Assembly (NCBI RefSeq): GCF_025526975.1
Contig: NW_026515685.1
Coordinates: 186,001 to 250,000 of the forward strand
Source: Fimicolochytrium jonesii
Lineage: Eukaryota
Direction: 5' to 3'
DNA length: 64,000 bases
Positions within the stretch are counted from its first letter, which is position 1, and each line of letters opens with the position of its first letter. Positions 48,284 to 61,120 of the stretch are shown here, piece by piece. The position numbers and the translations under genes were made by a program. The notes under the pieces were generated by a model. It searched no databases. It was not told where the DNA came from and saw only the letters and a program-made list of their open reading frames with translations.

Positions 48284-48804
48284 TGTTATGAATGGGCGGA
48301 GCCGATGGAAATAGAGGCGACTTGTGGTGCAGGTTGTTGACAGGTAATGGTATTCAGACCGAAACAAGAACTAGAACAAGACTAGGAAGAACTGGTGTTG
48401 ATCTGCTGGGGGATCAGGAAGTGGGGAGCTCAGGGGAGGCGGCTATTTATGTTTTTCTGGGAAGGCTGGGGAAGCAGAAGGGTACGGAATGAGAGGGAAG
48501 CCAAGAGAAGCGCCAAGGGTGGGGAAGTATGGAAACAGAAGACTGGGGATGGGGTGGCTACGCTGAGGCTGTGGGCGGGTACGTGGGGAAGTATGGAGAA
48601 GGGTTTGTAAGCGCCCGAGTGTTGGGAGGTGTGGCTACGTGCGGCTGCGTGGAGAAATGAAGGCAGTGGCAGGTGTGGGGTAGCGCGGCTGCGTGCGGCT
48701 GCGAGTTTTGGCAGATGTCAGGTTTTGACAGGGAATTGACATTGACTGACTGTTGGGATGCTGTCATGAGGTAAGCGCATGGTATGGACGCGTCGTCCAT
48801 AACA
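48284..48804 (-). mobile_element. Solo LTR of family A in K2 gag
   Basis: Matches the A LTRs; TSD GACTA. Confidence 0.95.
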
Positions 48805-49602
48805 GACTAAGTCTATCATTGTACTGAGCATGAGCAGTGATCAGGGTACTGTGATTATTAGGAAGGGCTTGAAGGAAGTCGGCACAGACCACGTATTCCG
48901 GGAGCCCGGGGAGTTGTCCAGCAAAAGGTTGAACTGGGCGACGAATTCGGTTAAACCTTGATGGTTAATTGACTTGGGCTTCGGAGCGCGCAGTCTGTGA
49001 AGAACTTGCGGCGGATGAGTCCGGGGAATGAAGCGCCGTAACATCGCGGAGCGTAATCCGAGTTGCGGGCGCAGTCCATAGGTGTCTTGAATATCGTGCC
49101 ATGAAATTATGCAGAAGCGCTCGTTTTCAGGAAAGCTTTTTTACATATGGCGTGGTTGCGTCTTTCCACTCTGCAATAGTAGCAGAAAGTTCCTCCTTCC
49201 TCTTCTTCTCATCCACAAATCCACCAGGCATTTTGTAAGGCGGGGTAGGTGTTGGTTCACTGCGTAAGTCGGCATGACGGGCTACGCCTTGATTAAGCGG
49301 AGTAGGTGAGTCAATGCCAGAGCGCTGATTAATAGATTCAGAACTCTTAACAGCGTGTTGTTGAACTTTCTTTCCTCCTCCTCTAGTAGCCGCAGGTAGG
49401 GGTCCCAGGAGAGCTCCTCCTTGGGACCGCATGTGGTGAGCGGAGGGCTTGCCGGCTGTCACTGCAGCTGCGGAGCCCTTCTGAGGTTGGGTTGTTGAAT
49501 CCTTAGGTGGCATGGTGCTTTCTAAGAGAGCGGTGGCTGGAGACCGTGAGTTCTTTATCCTGGAACGTCCGCTAGTTGCGGGCGAAGCCAGGGCTCATAA
49601 CC

Positions 49603-50271
49603 TCTTAGCAGTAGTCGGCAGAGGAAGCAGATGACTGAGCGAACTCTATGTTGTGTGAGATGTACTACTGTGAAGTATGTATTGTCTTATTGTAGAAAAG
49701 AGGACGCTAGGTCCGAAAGGAGAAGAAAAGAGTGAAGTCCCGCACGCGGAAGCGTGGCGTAAGCGGGAGGGGAGTCACGTGAGGAAATAAACTACAGGAA
49801 CCCTAAGCGGGGACTCAGGAGGATGATACCTCCAACACCCCCACCCAAACTCACAAGTCTATCTAAGTGAAAGATAAATCTAAACAATGAGTACAATGGT
49901 GCGGCCGTACGCAAAAAGCGGGCGGACGTCGGGTGAATAGCTATGACTAAAAATAAAAGAAATGAAAGAGTAAAATGAAAGAAGAGGCCGTGAGTTCTTT
50001 ATCCTGGAACGTCCGCTAGTTGCGGGCAAAGCCAGGGCTCATAACCTCTTAGCAGTAGTCGGCAGAGGAAGCAGATGACTGAGCGAACTCTATGTTGTGT
50101 GAGATGTAGTACTGTGAAGTATGTATTGTCTTGTTGTAGAAAAGAGGATGCTAGGTCCAAAAGGGGAAGAAAAGAGTGAAGTCCCGCACGCGGAAAAGCG
50201 GGAGGGAGTCACGTGAGGAAATAAACTACGGGAACCCTAAGCGGGGACTCAGGAGGATGATACCTCCAACA
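49603..50271 (-). mobile_element. TRIM-like mini K unit (LTR-PBS-short leader/3'UTR-PPT-LTR)
   Basis: LTRs 49603-49837 and 50047-50271 flank only ~210 bp, which retain PBS and PPT. Confidence 0.85.
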
Positions 50272-52371
50272 CCCCCACCCAAACTCACGAGTCTATCTAA
50301 GTGAAAGATAAATCTAAAAATAAAGGAATGAAAGAGTAAAATGAAAGAAGAGGGAAACGCCGCGAGTATAAAACAAGAGACAGCTGTCAGTCGCCCCAGA
50401 GAGGTAAGACCAACGTTGAAATACTCAACTACCGTATCCCAGACGACCACACGATACGCGAAACAATGGCGAACGGAGGCAAGAACAGCGGGAGTGGCGA
50501 GAAGAGCGGCGACGGCAAGAAGAAGCAAACGGCCCGTAAGTCGGGGACGCCAGCAGCCCCTCCAGCTGCACCCCCGCTGGGACCCTCATGACCGACGACG
50601 CGCTCTACGCGCGCATCGTCCGCAGCGTCTGCAAGCGACTCTTCGATGTCAAAAGCCCAAGTGAGAGAAGCTCTTCGATTGGCGACGGAGGTGGCGACGT
50701 TGAGGTACCGGAAGGATAACCATGAGAACCTCGCGAAGCACCTGGCGTTTACGAAGGCGAAGCTGGATCGATCGAAGCGAAAGAAGGGGTCGTTTGAGGC
50801 ATTGACGGAGGAGGCAGACTACGTTGGGTGTGAGGCAGTCTCGGAGTTGCGATATAAAGGAACAGGCGGCATATCAAAAGAAAAAATGAAAGAGGCGAAG
50901 CGCCGCAGTGATGCGGCCGTGAGACGGGAGCGAGACAAGTTGATGAAGCGACTCATGTACTTGCGAAAGCCATGGATGATTCGTCTTTGAGTGATGATGG
51001 AGACGGTGACGGAAACGGCGGGGGAGGTGGTCCAGGGGGTCCGCCTGGTGAAGGCGGAGCCGGAGCCGGTGGAGCCTCCGGTGCCGGGGCAGCGGCGGCT
51101 ATCACAGTGGCGGGTTAAGGTGCCGAAGTCGTATATAGTGCCCAGAAACCGTCCCGGTATGGGTGTTCCGTATGTATCATTCGGACGTAGTCGTCGCCGG
51201 CCGTATATTGCTAGCGACACGCCCTTCTTGAATTGCTTGAATACTTCTTGTATGTGTCTTGGGAGGAAAGGGCTTTGTGAAGTAATCAGCGAGTTGTTCC
51301 TGGGTCGCGGTGTCGAGGAGTACGACGTCTTTCTTCGCCACGCCATCACGTAGCTTGTGGTAGCGTACGTCGATGTGTTTGGAGCGTTGAGTAATAGCCG
51401 TGGAGTTGGCAATCTCGCGGGCGCTCTGATTGTCGATGTGGATTGGCGTGGGGTCCTTGATGTTGCCGTATTTGTCGCCAAAGACCTCCGCGATGATCGA
51501 GCGGAGCCAGATGACCTTGTTGTAACCGAGGGCTGCGGCGATATACTCAGCTTCCGTGGAGCTGAGAGCTACGCACTTCTGCTTGGTGCTTTTCCAGTAG
51601 ATAAGCTGGCCGTTGAAGAAGCTGGCGATGCCCGCGGTAGATTTGCGGTCGTTGACATTGTCTGCGTAGGATGCGTCTGTATAGACGCGAAGTCCAGCTT
51701 GATCTGAATGACCGGACTTGTAGGTAAGCTCGAAGGTGCGGGTACCTTTAAGGTAGCGCATGATGCGAAGTACATCATTCCAGTGGGCTTGAATAGGAGC
51801 TGAGACTTGACGTGCGACGAAGCCGACGGCAGTTGAAATATCCCAGCGCCAGGTACTGGATGCCCACGTGAGGGCCCCCACTGCTTCCTGGTAGAGAAGC
51901 TTGTTAGGAAAAGGGGGGCTTGCGGAGGCTGGTCGGGTACGCGCAGAGACGGCGCACGGCGTAGAGACCGGGGTAGCATTTTGTTGTCCAAATCGTTCGA
52001 GTAAACCGTCGATATAGGTAACATTGCCGATTTTGAGTTGGTTCCCTGACGGCGAGAGCTGGTAATCGAAGACCAGACTCAGGCAGTTCTTGATGGGACC
52101 GAGATCCGTACAGTTGAAATGAGAACATAGTTCACCTTTCACTTGTTTGGCGTGTACGGGAAAGCAGCAGGCGATGAAGTCGTCCACATAAATAAGGAGC
52201 ATCTGGAGGGCGTCCAGAGTGCGCGTCGTGCTTGCGTAGCGATAGAAGACGCAAGGGCAGTTCTTTAACGGAGTAAAGCCGAGAGAACTGAGGGTTTCGC
52301 GAAGAGTACGGTACCAGAGAAGCGGAGACTGCTTCAGACCGTATAGAGCCTTGCGTAGGAGGTATACCCAG
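50047..52371 (-). mobile_element. Copia K copy 3 (LTR, antisense ORF from 50466, RNase H/RT), interrupted by element E
   Basis: Colinear with K1 30243-~32644; KQTARKS at 50523-50543. Confidence 0.92.
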
Positions 52372-52667
52372 TGTGAAAGTGGTCGATTATTCCCTGAGGT
52401 AGGTCCTAAATCGGGTCGTTCGCGGGTGGAGATGATCTACTCGTGGAGAGTGCAAGGTAAAATGTGATGTGGACTACCTTCCACACGGGTTGTATAACTG
52501 ATCTTTGTATACAATCACTACTTTGCTGTAGGGTATTGTAGACGGACTGGGTGTTCGCCGGCGCTGCTATTCGGTATGTAGTAAAAGAACTACTTGTTGT
52601 GAATAGGAACTCGCGACAAGCACTGTTATAGTACCCATGTGGTCGGGGTCCACTGGAGAACACTGTC

Positions 52668-52833
52668 TGAGCGTGAAGGGCGTAAGCCTGAGCGTGAAGG
52701 GCGTAAGCCCGAGTGCTTAGGGCGTAAGGCCTTTCACTGACAGGTCGGAAGGCCTTTCACTGACGGGTCAGAAGGCCTTAGCCTGACAGGTCGGAAGGCC
52801 TTCCACCTAGACAGCGATAGGTCTTTCACTGAC
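52668..52833. repeat. Tandem 21-bp (ctgagcgtgaagggcgtaagc x3) and ~23-bp (gcctttcactgacaggtcggaag x4-5) repeats in the E LTR
   Basis: Direct reading of the sequence. Confidence 0.85.
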
Positions 52834-54981
52834 ACGTTGTTCTTCAATAAGACCGGACAACCCAACACACATTACACCCCCCCCCAGATTCTACGATGCG
52901 AAGCTGCCCAGCAAGCTCGAGCAGAGTAGAATTTGTATCTGAAAGTGTCCGGGATCGCACCCAGCGCAATCCTTAATGGTCCTCTTGCGTCGTCGGTCAA
53001 ATAACCATATCTCTTGGTTATTGGACGTCGGGCTCGTGTGTCATTTAGGAAAGCTTTCCCAACGACCGTCGTGGGTATCGACGCTTGCAACCATTCCAAT
53101 TTAATGGTATGGCCATCCACGCTGCCTGCTACCGGCAGCGGATATCCCCAGCTGTGAATGCAACGGGTGTGCTTCGTATCGCACGTTGCCTAATACAAGG
53201 TGTCGGGCAATGGATGTACGCATCCACTGAGCCAACGGAGCTCTGGTATTCAGAGTCAACGCCTATGTGTACCTCCGGGCATACACACCACCGAGTCCCC
53301 AGGAGTGATCAGTTCCTGCTTACTCATTACGGACGGCGGCCGTAAACGCATTTACCCAATGCGGATGTCGTTTACCATCAAGGGGTCGTGTTAACACTCG
53401 TTTTGTGTAGCACGTTGCAATCCCTTTCACAGCTTTGACTTATGTCCAAACGATGTTTTATTGGACAGAAGGTCCCATCTGGCTACAGATCATTCATGGC
53501 TTCCAGCCAACCGTGCACCTTTGGGTCGCAGAGCCTCAGTTTCCTTGAACCGCTTCCGCTTTCGCTTATCTGTAGTGGATTCTACTTCACCATGGACCAA
53601 GATGAAGTCGTCTAATGCAGCGCAGTCTTTCACTCGCTCATGCGTCTCCCATGTCGTCTGTTCGGGTGGATAACCAACCCACTGGACGAGATATTCAGGT
53701 TTTCCACGGACCAACGTACGTCCAATAATCTTATCGACATAGTATTCTTTCTTGCCTTCGACCGTGAAGGGCTCTGGATTAGAGTCCTCTATGTTGTCGA
53801 TGCGCAACGGGTTTGAAGTCGGCTCGTGCCACGGCTTCAAAATATCCGTATGGAAGACCGGGTATAGAGCGCCCATTAAAGCTGGCAGCTCTAGCTCGTA
53901 CGTTTCCGGGTGTGGTCCTTCCTTCTTCACAATGAAGGGTCCTAGCCAGGTCTGTCTAAACTTGAGCGGTTTTTTATTGAAAGCAGGGATCGTTATCCCG
54001 TCGCTGTTCAACAGGACTTTATCTGCTGGACGAAGGCTCTGTACACGACGTCCACGAACGTGATACTTTGCTTGTTTGTCCTGGGCTGCCCGCAGTTTCC
54101 GCTGCACTATGAGTTCAATGGATCGGTATGCCTCAGCACGCTTCTCCATCTGTTTGATGAGCTCATGTCGTGACTTATGCAAGAATGTGATCGACGTATC
54201 GTCCATACGTTGCAACACCTTTGCGTCAACTTGCCAATGCATCGGCGCCTGCGGAATTCTACCCAAATCAACCTCAAAAGGGCAGTATCCGGTGCTGTTC
54301 TGCGTACGGTTGTAGGCAAACTCCAACATTGGCAGTTTGTCAACCCAATCGTCCCCTGTTACATTAAGGTACGGTTTAATCATCTTCTTCAAGATAGAGA
54401 TACACCGTTCAACCTTTCCGTCCGTCTGCTGGTGTCGTGCCGTGCTCAAGCTCTGCCTAGAGCCCAACAACGATTGAAACACCTTCCAGAAATCTGCCAG
54501 GTAGCGGGGATCTCGATCTCCGACGATCACAGCTACAGTACCTGTATGGCGCCATACCTCACGGAAGTAAAGCTCGGCCAACTCCTCGGCAGTTATCGTG
54601 GATGCCGCAGGTATAAAGTATGCGCGCCCTGACAGATAGTCGATGAAGACAATAATACTGTCGTAAAACGCATCACTATGCACCTTCCCCCCCCACGACC
54701 GTGTTATTGGCATCGAGACAGGGTCCATACCCATTGTGTGCCAACGTCGGTCGGGAACTGGGAGCGAACGAAGTAAGCCAACACGCTTATTCTTCGGCGA
54801 CTTGAACCTTTGGCAAGACCCACAAGTCTTGATGTACCCCCTCACGTCAGCGTCCATATCGGGCCAGTAAAACTCACTTAGGAGCTTGCCCAATGTACCC
54901 TGTACCCCCGTATGCGAGTCAGATAGCAACGAGTCGTGGTACGCCTGCAATACAGTCCCTCGTAAAGCAGCTGGCACATAG

Positions 54982-57900
54982 TGTTATGATCTTGACGACT
55001 GAGGTGGAAGCGAAGTAGAGAAGACTAGGCGAGAGTGATAGGCGACAAGAGATTGTATTGGCGAAACAAGAGACCAGGACTAGAACAGGAGATGAGAAGA
55101 ACTGGTGTTGATCTGCTGGGGAGGAAGGGAATGGACGAAGAGAGGCCGGCTATTTATAGATAGGCAACCCAGCAGGCCAGAGAACAACAACAACAAGAGG
55201 GGACTGGGGGGGGCGCCAGCTATGCCCCTAGAGCGTGCGTGGCGAGCGTAGAGAGCATTGCTACAGCTGCTGGCTATGGAGAAGTAGTGGGGGGTGTGGA
55301 GAAGCCGAGGGGGGATTGGCAAAATGAGAGGAGAGAGGAGGAGTGGCCTGGCTATGGAGAAGTAGTGGGGGGATGTGGAGAAGCCGAGGGGGGATTGGCG
55401 AAATGAGAGGAGAGAGGAGGAGTGGCGATATCGCGGGAGGATTGGCGAAATGAGAGGAGAGAGCGGGAGTGGCATTGACATTGACATTGACACTGACATT
55501 GACACTGACATTGACATTGACATTGGCGTTTGACATTGGCGGTTGACATTGGCGGCTGTCAGTCGGTAAGCTTATGGTATGGACGCGTCGTCCATAACAT
55601 CACCCCTCTCTTTAGTGGCGGCGGCGGCGGCGTCGAGTTTGGTGTGGTCGCGGAGGAGGTGCACCGGGGACAGAGGAAGGCTTGTTGGGGTACGGGCTGT
55701 GGAAGTCCTGGAGGAGTGCGTCGGTATGGGTGAGGTGTTCCACGGGCTCCCAGGTGTTCTCGGAGTCAGGCCAGCCCTGCCATTTGACCAAGTACTAAAG
55801 GCGACGACAATGGATGCGAGAGTCAAGGATGGCTTCGACAACCCACTCTTCTTGACCCTCAACGGTCTCTGGGGGCGCAGGTTCGGGTTCGGGTCGTTCG
55901 GGGATGGTGAAGCGGGGTTCGAGGAGCGAGACATGGAAGACATCCTGGATTTTGTACGTAGGCGGCAGCTTGAGCCGGTAGGCAACGGGATTGATTTTTT
56001 CAACGATGGGGAATGGCCCAATCTTGCGATGGTCGAGTTTCTGAGAGGGCCGGGTTGTCTGGAGGTTTTTGCAGAGGAGTCAGACGTGGTTGCCAGGCTT
56101 GAAGTCCGGTCCAGGAATTCGTTTAGCGTCGGCGTAGCGCTTCATTTGATCTTGGGCTTCCTTGAGCTCGAGGGCGAGCTGTTTATGGCCTTCCCTGATT
56201 TGTTTAGCGCGGGCTTCAGCGGCGGGGTTGACGGATTCGGAGGTAGCAGAGGCCGCGAAACTGAAGCGGGGGTGGAGACCCTTGTTGGCGTAGAAGGGGG
56301 TGGTCTGGGCGGCGGACTGGTGGGTGTCGTTGTAGGCGAACTTGGCGGACGACAGAAGCCGTTTCCAGTTGTCCTGTTGGTGGTTGCAAAAGCATCGGAG
56401 ATACTGCTCCAGGATCTGGTTGGTGCGTTCCGTGTGGCCGTCGCTCTGGGGGTGGAAGGCCGAGGAGAGGTTGGCTTTTGCCCCAAGGAGTTCGAGAAGT
56501 TGACGCCAGAAACGGGACTTGAACTGGGGTCCTCGGTCAGAGATGATGTCGTCGGGGAGGCCGTGGAGAGGGATGATATTCTGGAAGACTAGGTCGGCAG
56601 TGGATTCGGCGGATTCTGACTCGCTGCAGGCGATGAAGTGGGCCATCTTGGTGAGGCGACAGTTGACGTTCAGGATGGAGTTGTACCCATCAACGGGAGG
56701 CAGACCGGTGATAAAGTCCAGGGACCAAGATCCCCAAGGGCGGGTAGGGATACTGTTGGGCTGGAGTAGGCCATATGGTTTGTGTCAACTGGATTTCGCT
56801 TGGCTACAGGTATCGCAGGACTTGACGTAGGCCTTGACGAGGCGCCACTGGCTGGGCCACCAGTAGTTGCGGGAGGCGAGTTCGAGCGTCTTGGACATCC
56901 CAAAGTGGCCGGCTAGGGGTGTATCGTGCATGTTGTGGCAGACTTCAGCTGGGAGCTCATTGGTGGGGACATAGACAAGGTTATCGTGCAGCAGGATCCC
57001 ATCTTCATCTGAAAACCGCTTGATACGATCTTGGGTTTTCTCGGTCCGTTGGGCAAGGGGTATCTTGAGCTCTTTGGGGATGGTCTTAGCAAGGGGGTTA
57101 GAGGCCTGGGCGGCCTTATCCTTGTCAAGCAGCGTCGTATCCATGGGTGTGAGGTAGGCCGCGGCGAGTCGAAGGCGTTCGGGAGTCAAAATTGTGGTTG
57201 CCTGGGAGCGGAACGCTTCTTCCCCCTTTTTTAGCTCATGTTCGGAGCGTCGGGAGAGGGCATCGGCTTGGTGCTGCTGGGAACCGGGGCGATAGGTAAT
57301 GACAAAGTCAAAATCCGAGAAGAATATCGACCAGCGGGCTTGGCGGCGGTTCAGGGTGCGGGTGGTCATGAAGTACTGAAGGTTTTTATGGTCGGAGTAA
57401 ACGGTGATCTTGTGACGGGCGCCAATGAGATGGTGTCGCCACTGGGCAAAGGAGTCTTGGATGGCCAGAAGTTCCTTGTCGTAGATCTCGTAGTTGATCT
57501 CTTCGGCCGTGAATTTGCGAGAGTGGAAGGCCACGGGGTGGAGCTGATTGTCCTGGTCAGGTTGGAGGAGAACTGCGCCAAGAGCGAAGTCGGAGGCGTC
57601 AGTTTCGACGACGAAGGGCTTCTCTGGGTCAGGGTGAGCAAGAATGGGGGCGGTGGTGAATGATTTCTTCAGGTTCTCAAAGGCGGTGTTTGCGGCGGGC
57701 GTCCAGGCGTACGGGATGTTTTTCCGGGTCAGGGCTGTGAGCGGGGTAGCGATCTTAGAATAACCTTGGATGAATCGGCAATAGAAGTTGGCAAAGCCGA
57801 GGAAGCGCTGGACGCCTTTGACGTTCTTGGGAGGTTCCCAATCCGTGATGGCAGCGATCTTCTTGTGGTCCATCTGGATGCCTTTCTCGGAGATGATGAA

Positions 57901-60900
57901 GCCTAGGAACTCGACGGATTCGCGGTTGAATTCGCACTTCTCGGGTTTGGCGTACAACCCATGCTGGCGGAGGCGGGACAAGACTTCGTGGACGTGCTTG
58001 GGGTGATTCTAGGGGTTCTTGGAGAATATCAGGATACCATCAAGGTAGACAACAACAAACACATCGACAATGTCGCGGAAGATGTCGTTCATCAGGTACT
58101 GGAAAACGCCAGGAGCATTGCTGAGTCCAAAGGGCATGACATTGTATTCGAATAGGCCGTAGCGGCAGCGGAAGGCGGTCTTCCATTCATCGCCCGGGCG
58201 CATGCGTAAGAGGTTGTAAGCGCCGCACAGGTCGATCTTCGTGAGACGGCGGGCACCGCGCAAACGATCCATGATACCGTTGATCAGGGGCAGGGGGTAG
58301 CGATTCTTCACCGTGATGCTGTTCAGACCTCAATAATCCACGCAGAGGCGGAGAGAACCGTCCTTTTTCTTCACGAATAAGACTGGCGCACCGGCAGGGG
58401 ACTTTGAGGGTTTGATGAATCCTTTGGCGAGGTTTTCTTCGAGGTATTCGCAGAGTGCCTTCATTTCTGGTTCGCTGAGGCTGTAGATCGGGCTGAAAGG
58501 TGGCTGCTTGCCTTCCTCCAGATCGATTGGACAGTCGTAGGGCCGGTGCTCGGGGAGAGTGTCAGCATTTCTCTTTTTGAAAACGTCGGCGAAGTCTTGA
58601 TACTCGGGGGGCAGGAAGTCTTTGATGTCTTTCTCGGGTGTCGGGGGGTTACTAGGGCTAGGCAAGGCCGGGAGATCGGGTTTCGCAGGGTTGGCGTAGG
58701 CGACAAAGACCTGGTCATGCCTTGCTGCGACCCGGAAGGCTGGGGCGGAGATGAACGAGACTCGGAGCGGCGTGGGAGCCGGTTCTGGGGTGCTGGAGCG
58801 AGATACCTTGGGTACTGGGATCGACCATGTTTCGTCGACGGGGACTTCATCCTGGGGGATGCGGATCAAGGGCTCGGGAGTTTTGGCGGGTGCTGGGCTC
58901 GGGTGTGCCAGGGAGCGGTCCCAATTTGCGAATTCATGGTACTGACAGTCGCAACGGAAACCGACCGAAAGTGTCTTGAAGTCAAGGGTAACGTCGTGGA
59001 GGCGGAGCCAGGGCAGACCAAGGAGGATTGGAGCGTGGGGTGATTTGGCGACATGGAAGACAAGTTCTTCGAAGTGGTCGTCGACCAACATGCCTACTGA
59101 TTGGGTGTGATGGGTGATTGGCCCAGCAGAGCTGGGTTGACCCTCAACGAGTTCGATCGTCAGGGGACGCTGATGTTGGACTAGGGGGATGCGGTGCTTG
59201 CGGGCAAAGTCCTCGTCAATGAAGCAGGACAGGGCCCCGTTGTCGATCATGGCTGAGGTAGGTATCGGGGCACGGCTGGATGATACCATGATGGTAACGG
59301 GGTAGTTGAAGGGTTCGGCAGGACCCAGCGCAAGCATGGCGCGTGGGTTAATTTCGGAGTTTTCGACATGGGCGGCGGCTAGGAGGGTTGTGTTGGCTAT
59401 AACGGAGTCGGGAACCGGGGGGGTGGCCTCTTCCGTTGCAGGAGCTGCGAGGTTAGGAGGCCCGGAGGAGTGTGGGTTGTCCAGTCGCTGGGGCTTTACT
59501 GCGGCTGGGCCTTGGGAAAACCCTGTTCCGTGGAGGTTTCTTTGATGTCGACGTTGGCGGCATGGGTGGTGGTCTTGTTCTTGGCTGGGCGGGCCTTTGC
59601 AATGTGCCCTGCGCCACCGCAGTAGAGGCAGAGGTTGTTGGAAATGCGGCGTTGGCGTTCCCGGGGGCCCAGAGGGCCGCGGGGACGAGCGGCGTCAATC
59701 TGCATGGGCTCGCTGTGGTCGACGGTGGTGGTAGTGGTAAACAAGGTATGGGGAACTGGGAAGGTCTGGCGGGTTCTGTTTCGTTCCAGGCGGCGCTCAA
59801 ACAGTCGGTTGTCGCACTGGATCGCCTGCTCCATTACCGTATCAATGGTGGCAGCAGGAGGCATCGTGAGCATCAGATCCTTGACGTCCTCTTTGAGGCC
59901 ACGGCGGAAGGTAGCAATCAGGGCCTGGTCATTCCAGGAGACATCGCATTGTAGCTGGCTGAACTCGGCGACGTACTCGGTGGCCGCACGGGTTTGGCGA
60001 AGGTTCTGGAGCTTGTTCTCGGAGGTGCGGACCCTGTCGCTGTCTCCGAAGACAGATTGCATCTGACCGATAAAACTATCGAAGTTCTGAAGGCTGTGAT
60101 CTTGGCGTTCGACTAGTGGTGCCATCCAGGCTTGGGCAGTGCCGGTGAGGTAGGTACCAATCGTTTGGATCTTGATGATGTCGCTGGGGTAGCGGTCGGG
60201 CTGGAGAGCAAACATCAACCGGATGTTGTTCAACCACCCACGGAATTTGCTGCGGGTACCATCAAACTTCTCAGGCGAGCTGATTCTTGGCTCCAGAGCT
60301 CCGGGAGCAGGGTTGGTGACTTGAGGACGGGTGTACGCATCGGCTTGGACCTGGGCAGCAATGTTCTGGGCAGCTTGTGCGTTGGCTTGGGCTTGCGCTA
60401 GGTTGGCCTGCAAGTTGGCGTTTTGGCTTTGCAAGGCGGCGATGGCTTGTCACATATCATTCCATTGCTCGGCGGTGAAAGGTACGGATTCGGATTGGGA
60501 CATGGTGAAAAGGTGTGGCAGATGCAGGGCTGGACGGGTTCTGGACTTCGCAGTGTTGGAGCAGATCAAACTGTTATGACCTCGACGACTGAGGCGGAAG
60601 CGAAGTAGAGAAGACTAGGCGAGAGTGATAGGCGACAAGCGATTGTATTGGCGAAACAAGAAACAAGGACTAGAACAGGAGATGAGAAGAAGGTGTTGAT
60701 CTGCTGGGGAGGAAGGGAATGGACGAAGAGAGGCCGGCTATTTATAGATAGGCAACCCAGCAGTCAGAGAACAACAACAACAAGAGGGGACTGGGGGGGG
60801 CGCCAGCTATGCTCCTAGAGCGTGCGTGTAGAGCGTGCGTGGCGAGCGTAGAGAGCATTGCTACAGCTGCTGGCTATGGAGAGGTAGTGGGGGGTGTGGA

Positions 60901-61120
60901 GAAGCCGAGGGGGGATTTGCGAAATTAGAGGAGAGAGGAGGAGTGGCAATATTGCGGGAGGATTGGCGAAATGAGAGGAGAGAGGGGGAGTGGCATTGAC
61001 ATTGACATTGACACTGACATTGACACTGATATTGACATTGACATTGGCGTTTGACATTGGCGGTTGACATTGGCGGCTGTCAGTTGGTAAGCTTATGGTA
61101 TGGGCGCGTCGTCCAGAACA
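54982..61120 (-). mobile_element. Full-length defective Ty3/Gypsy chromovirus B2; LTRs 54982-55599 and 60572-61120
   Basis: TSD CATAG on both sides; inserted in E pol. Confidence 0.95.

Larger units (their letters stand above)
36915..49837 (-). mobile_element. Copia K copy 2, sharing an LTR with copy 1; hosts B1, a solo A LTR and the same integrase insertion; ~610-bp internal deletion
   Basis: Colinear with K1; LTR 49603-49837 with an adjacent PBS. Confidence 0.92.

Noticed and set aside
52372..53431. 8-bp inverted repeat TGTGAAAG..CTTTCACA as ends of a 1.06-kb LTR
   Set aside because: No TSD or PPT at 53431; the CA at 52876 followed by a C9 run fits a 3' LTR plus PPT better. The boundary remains somewhat uncertain.
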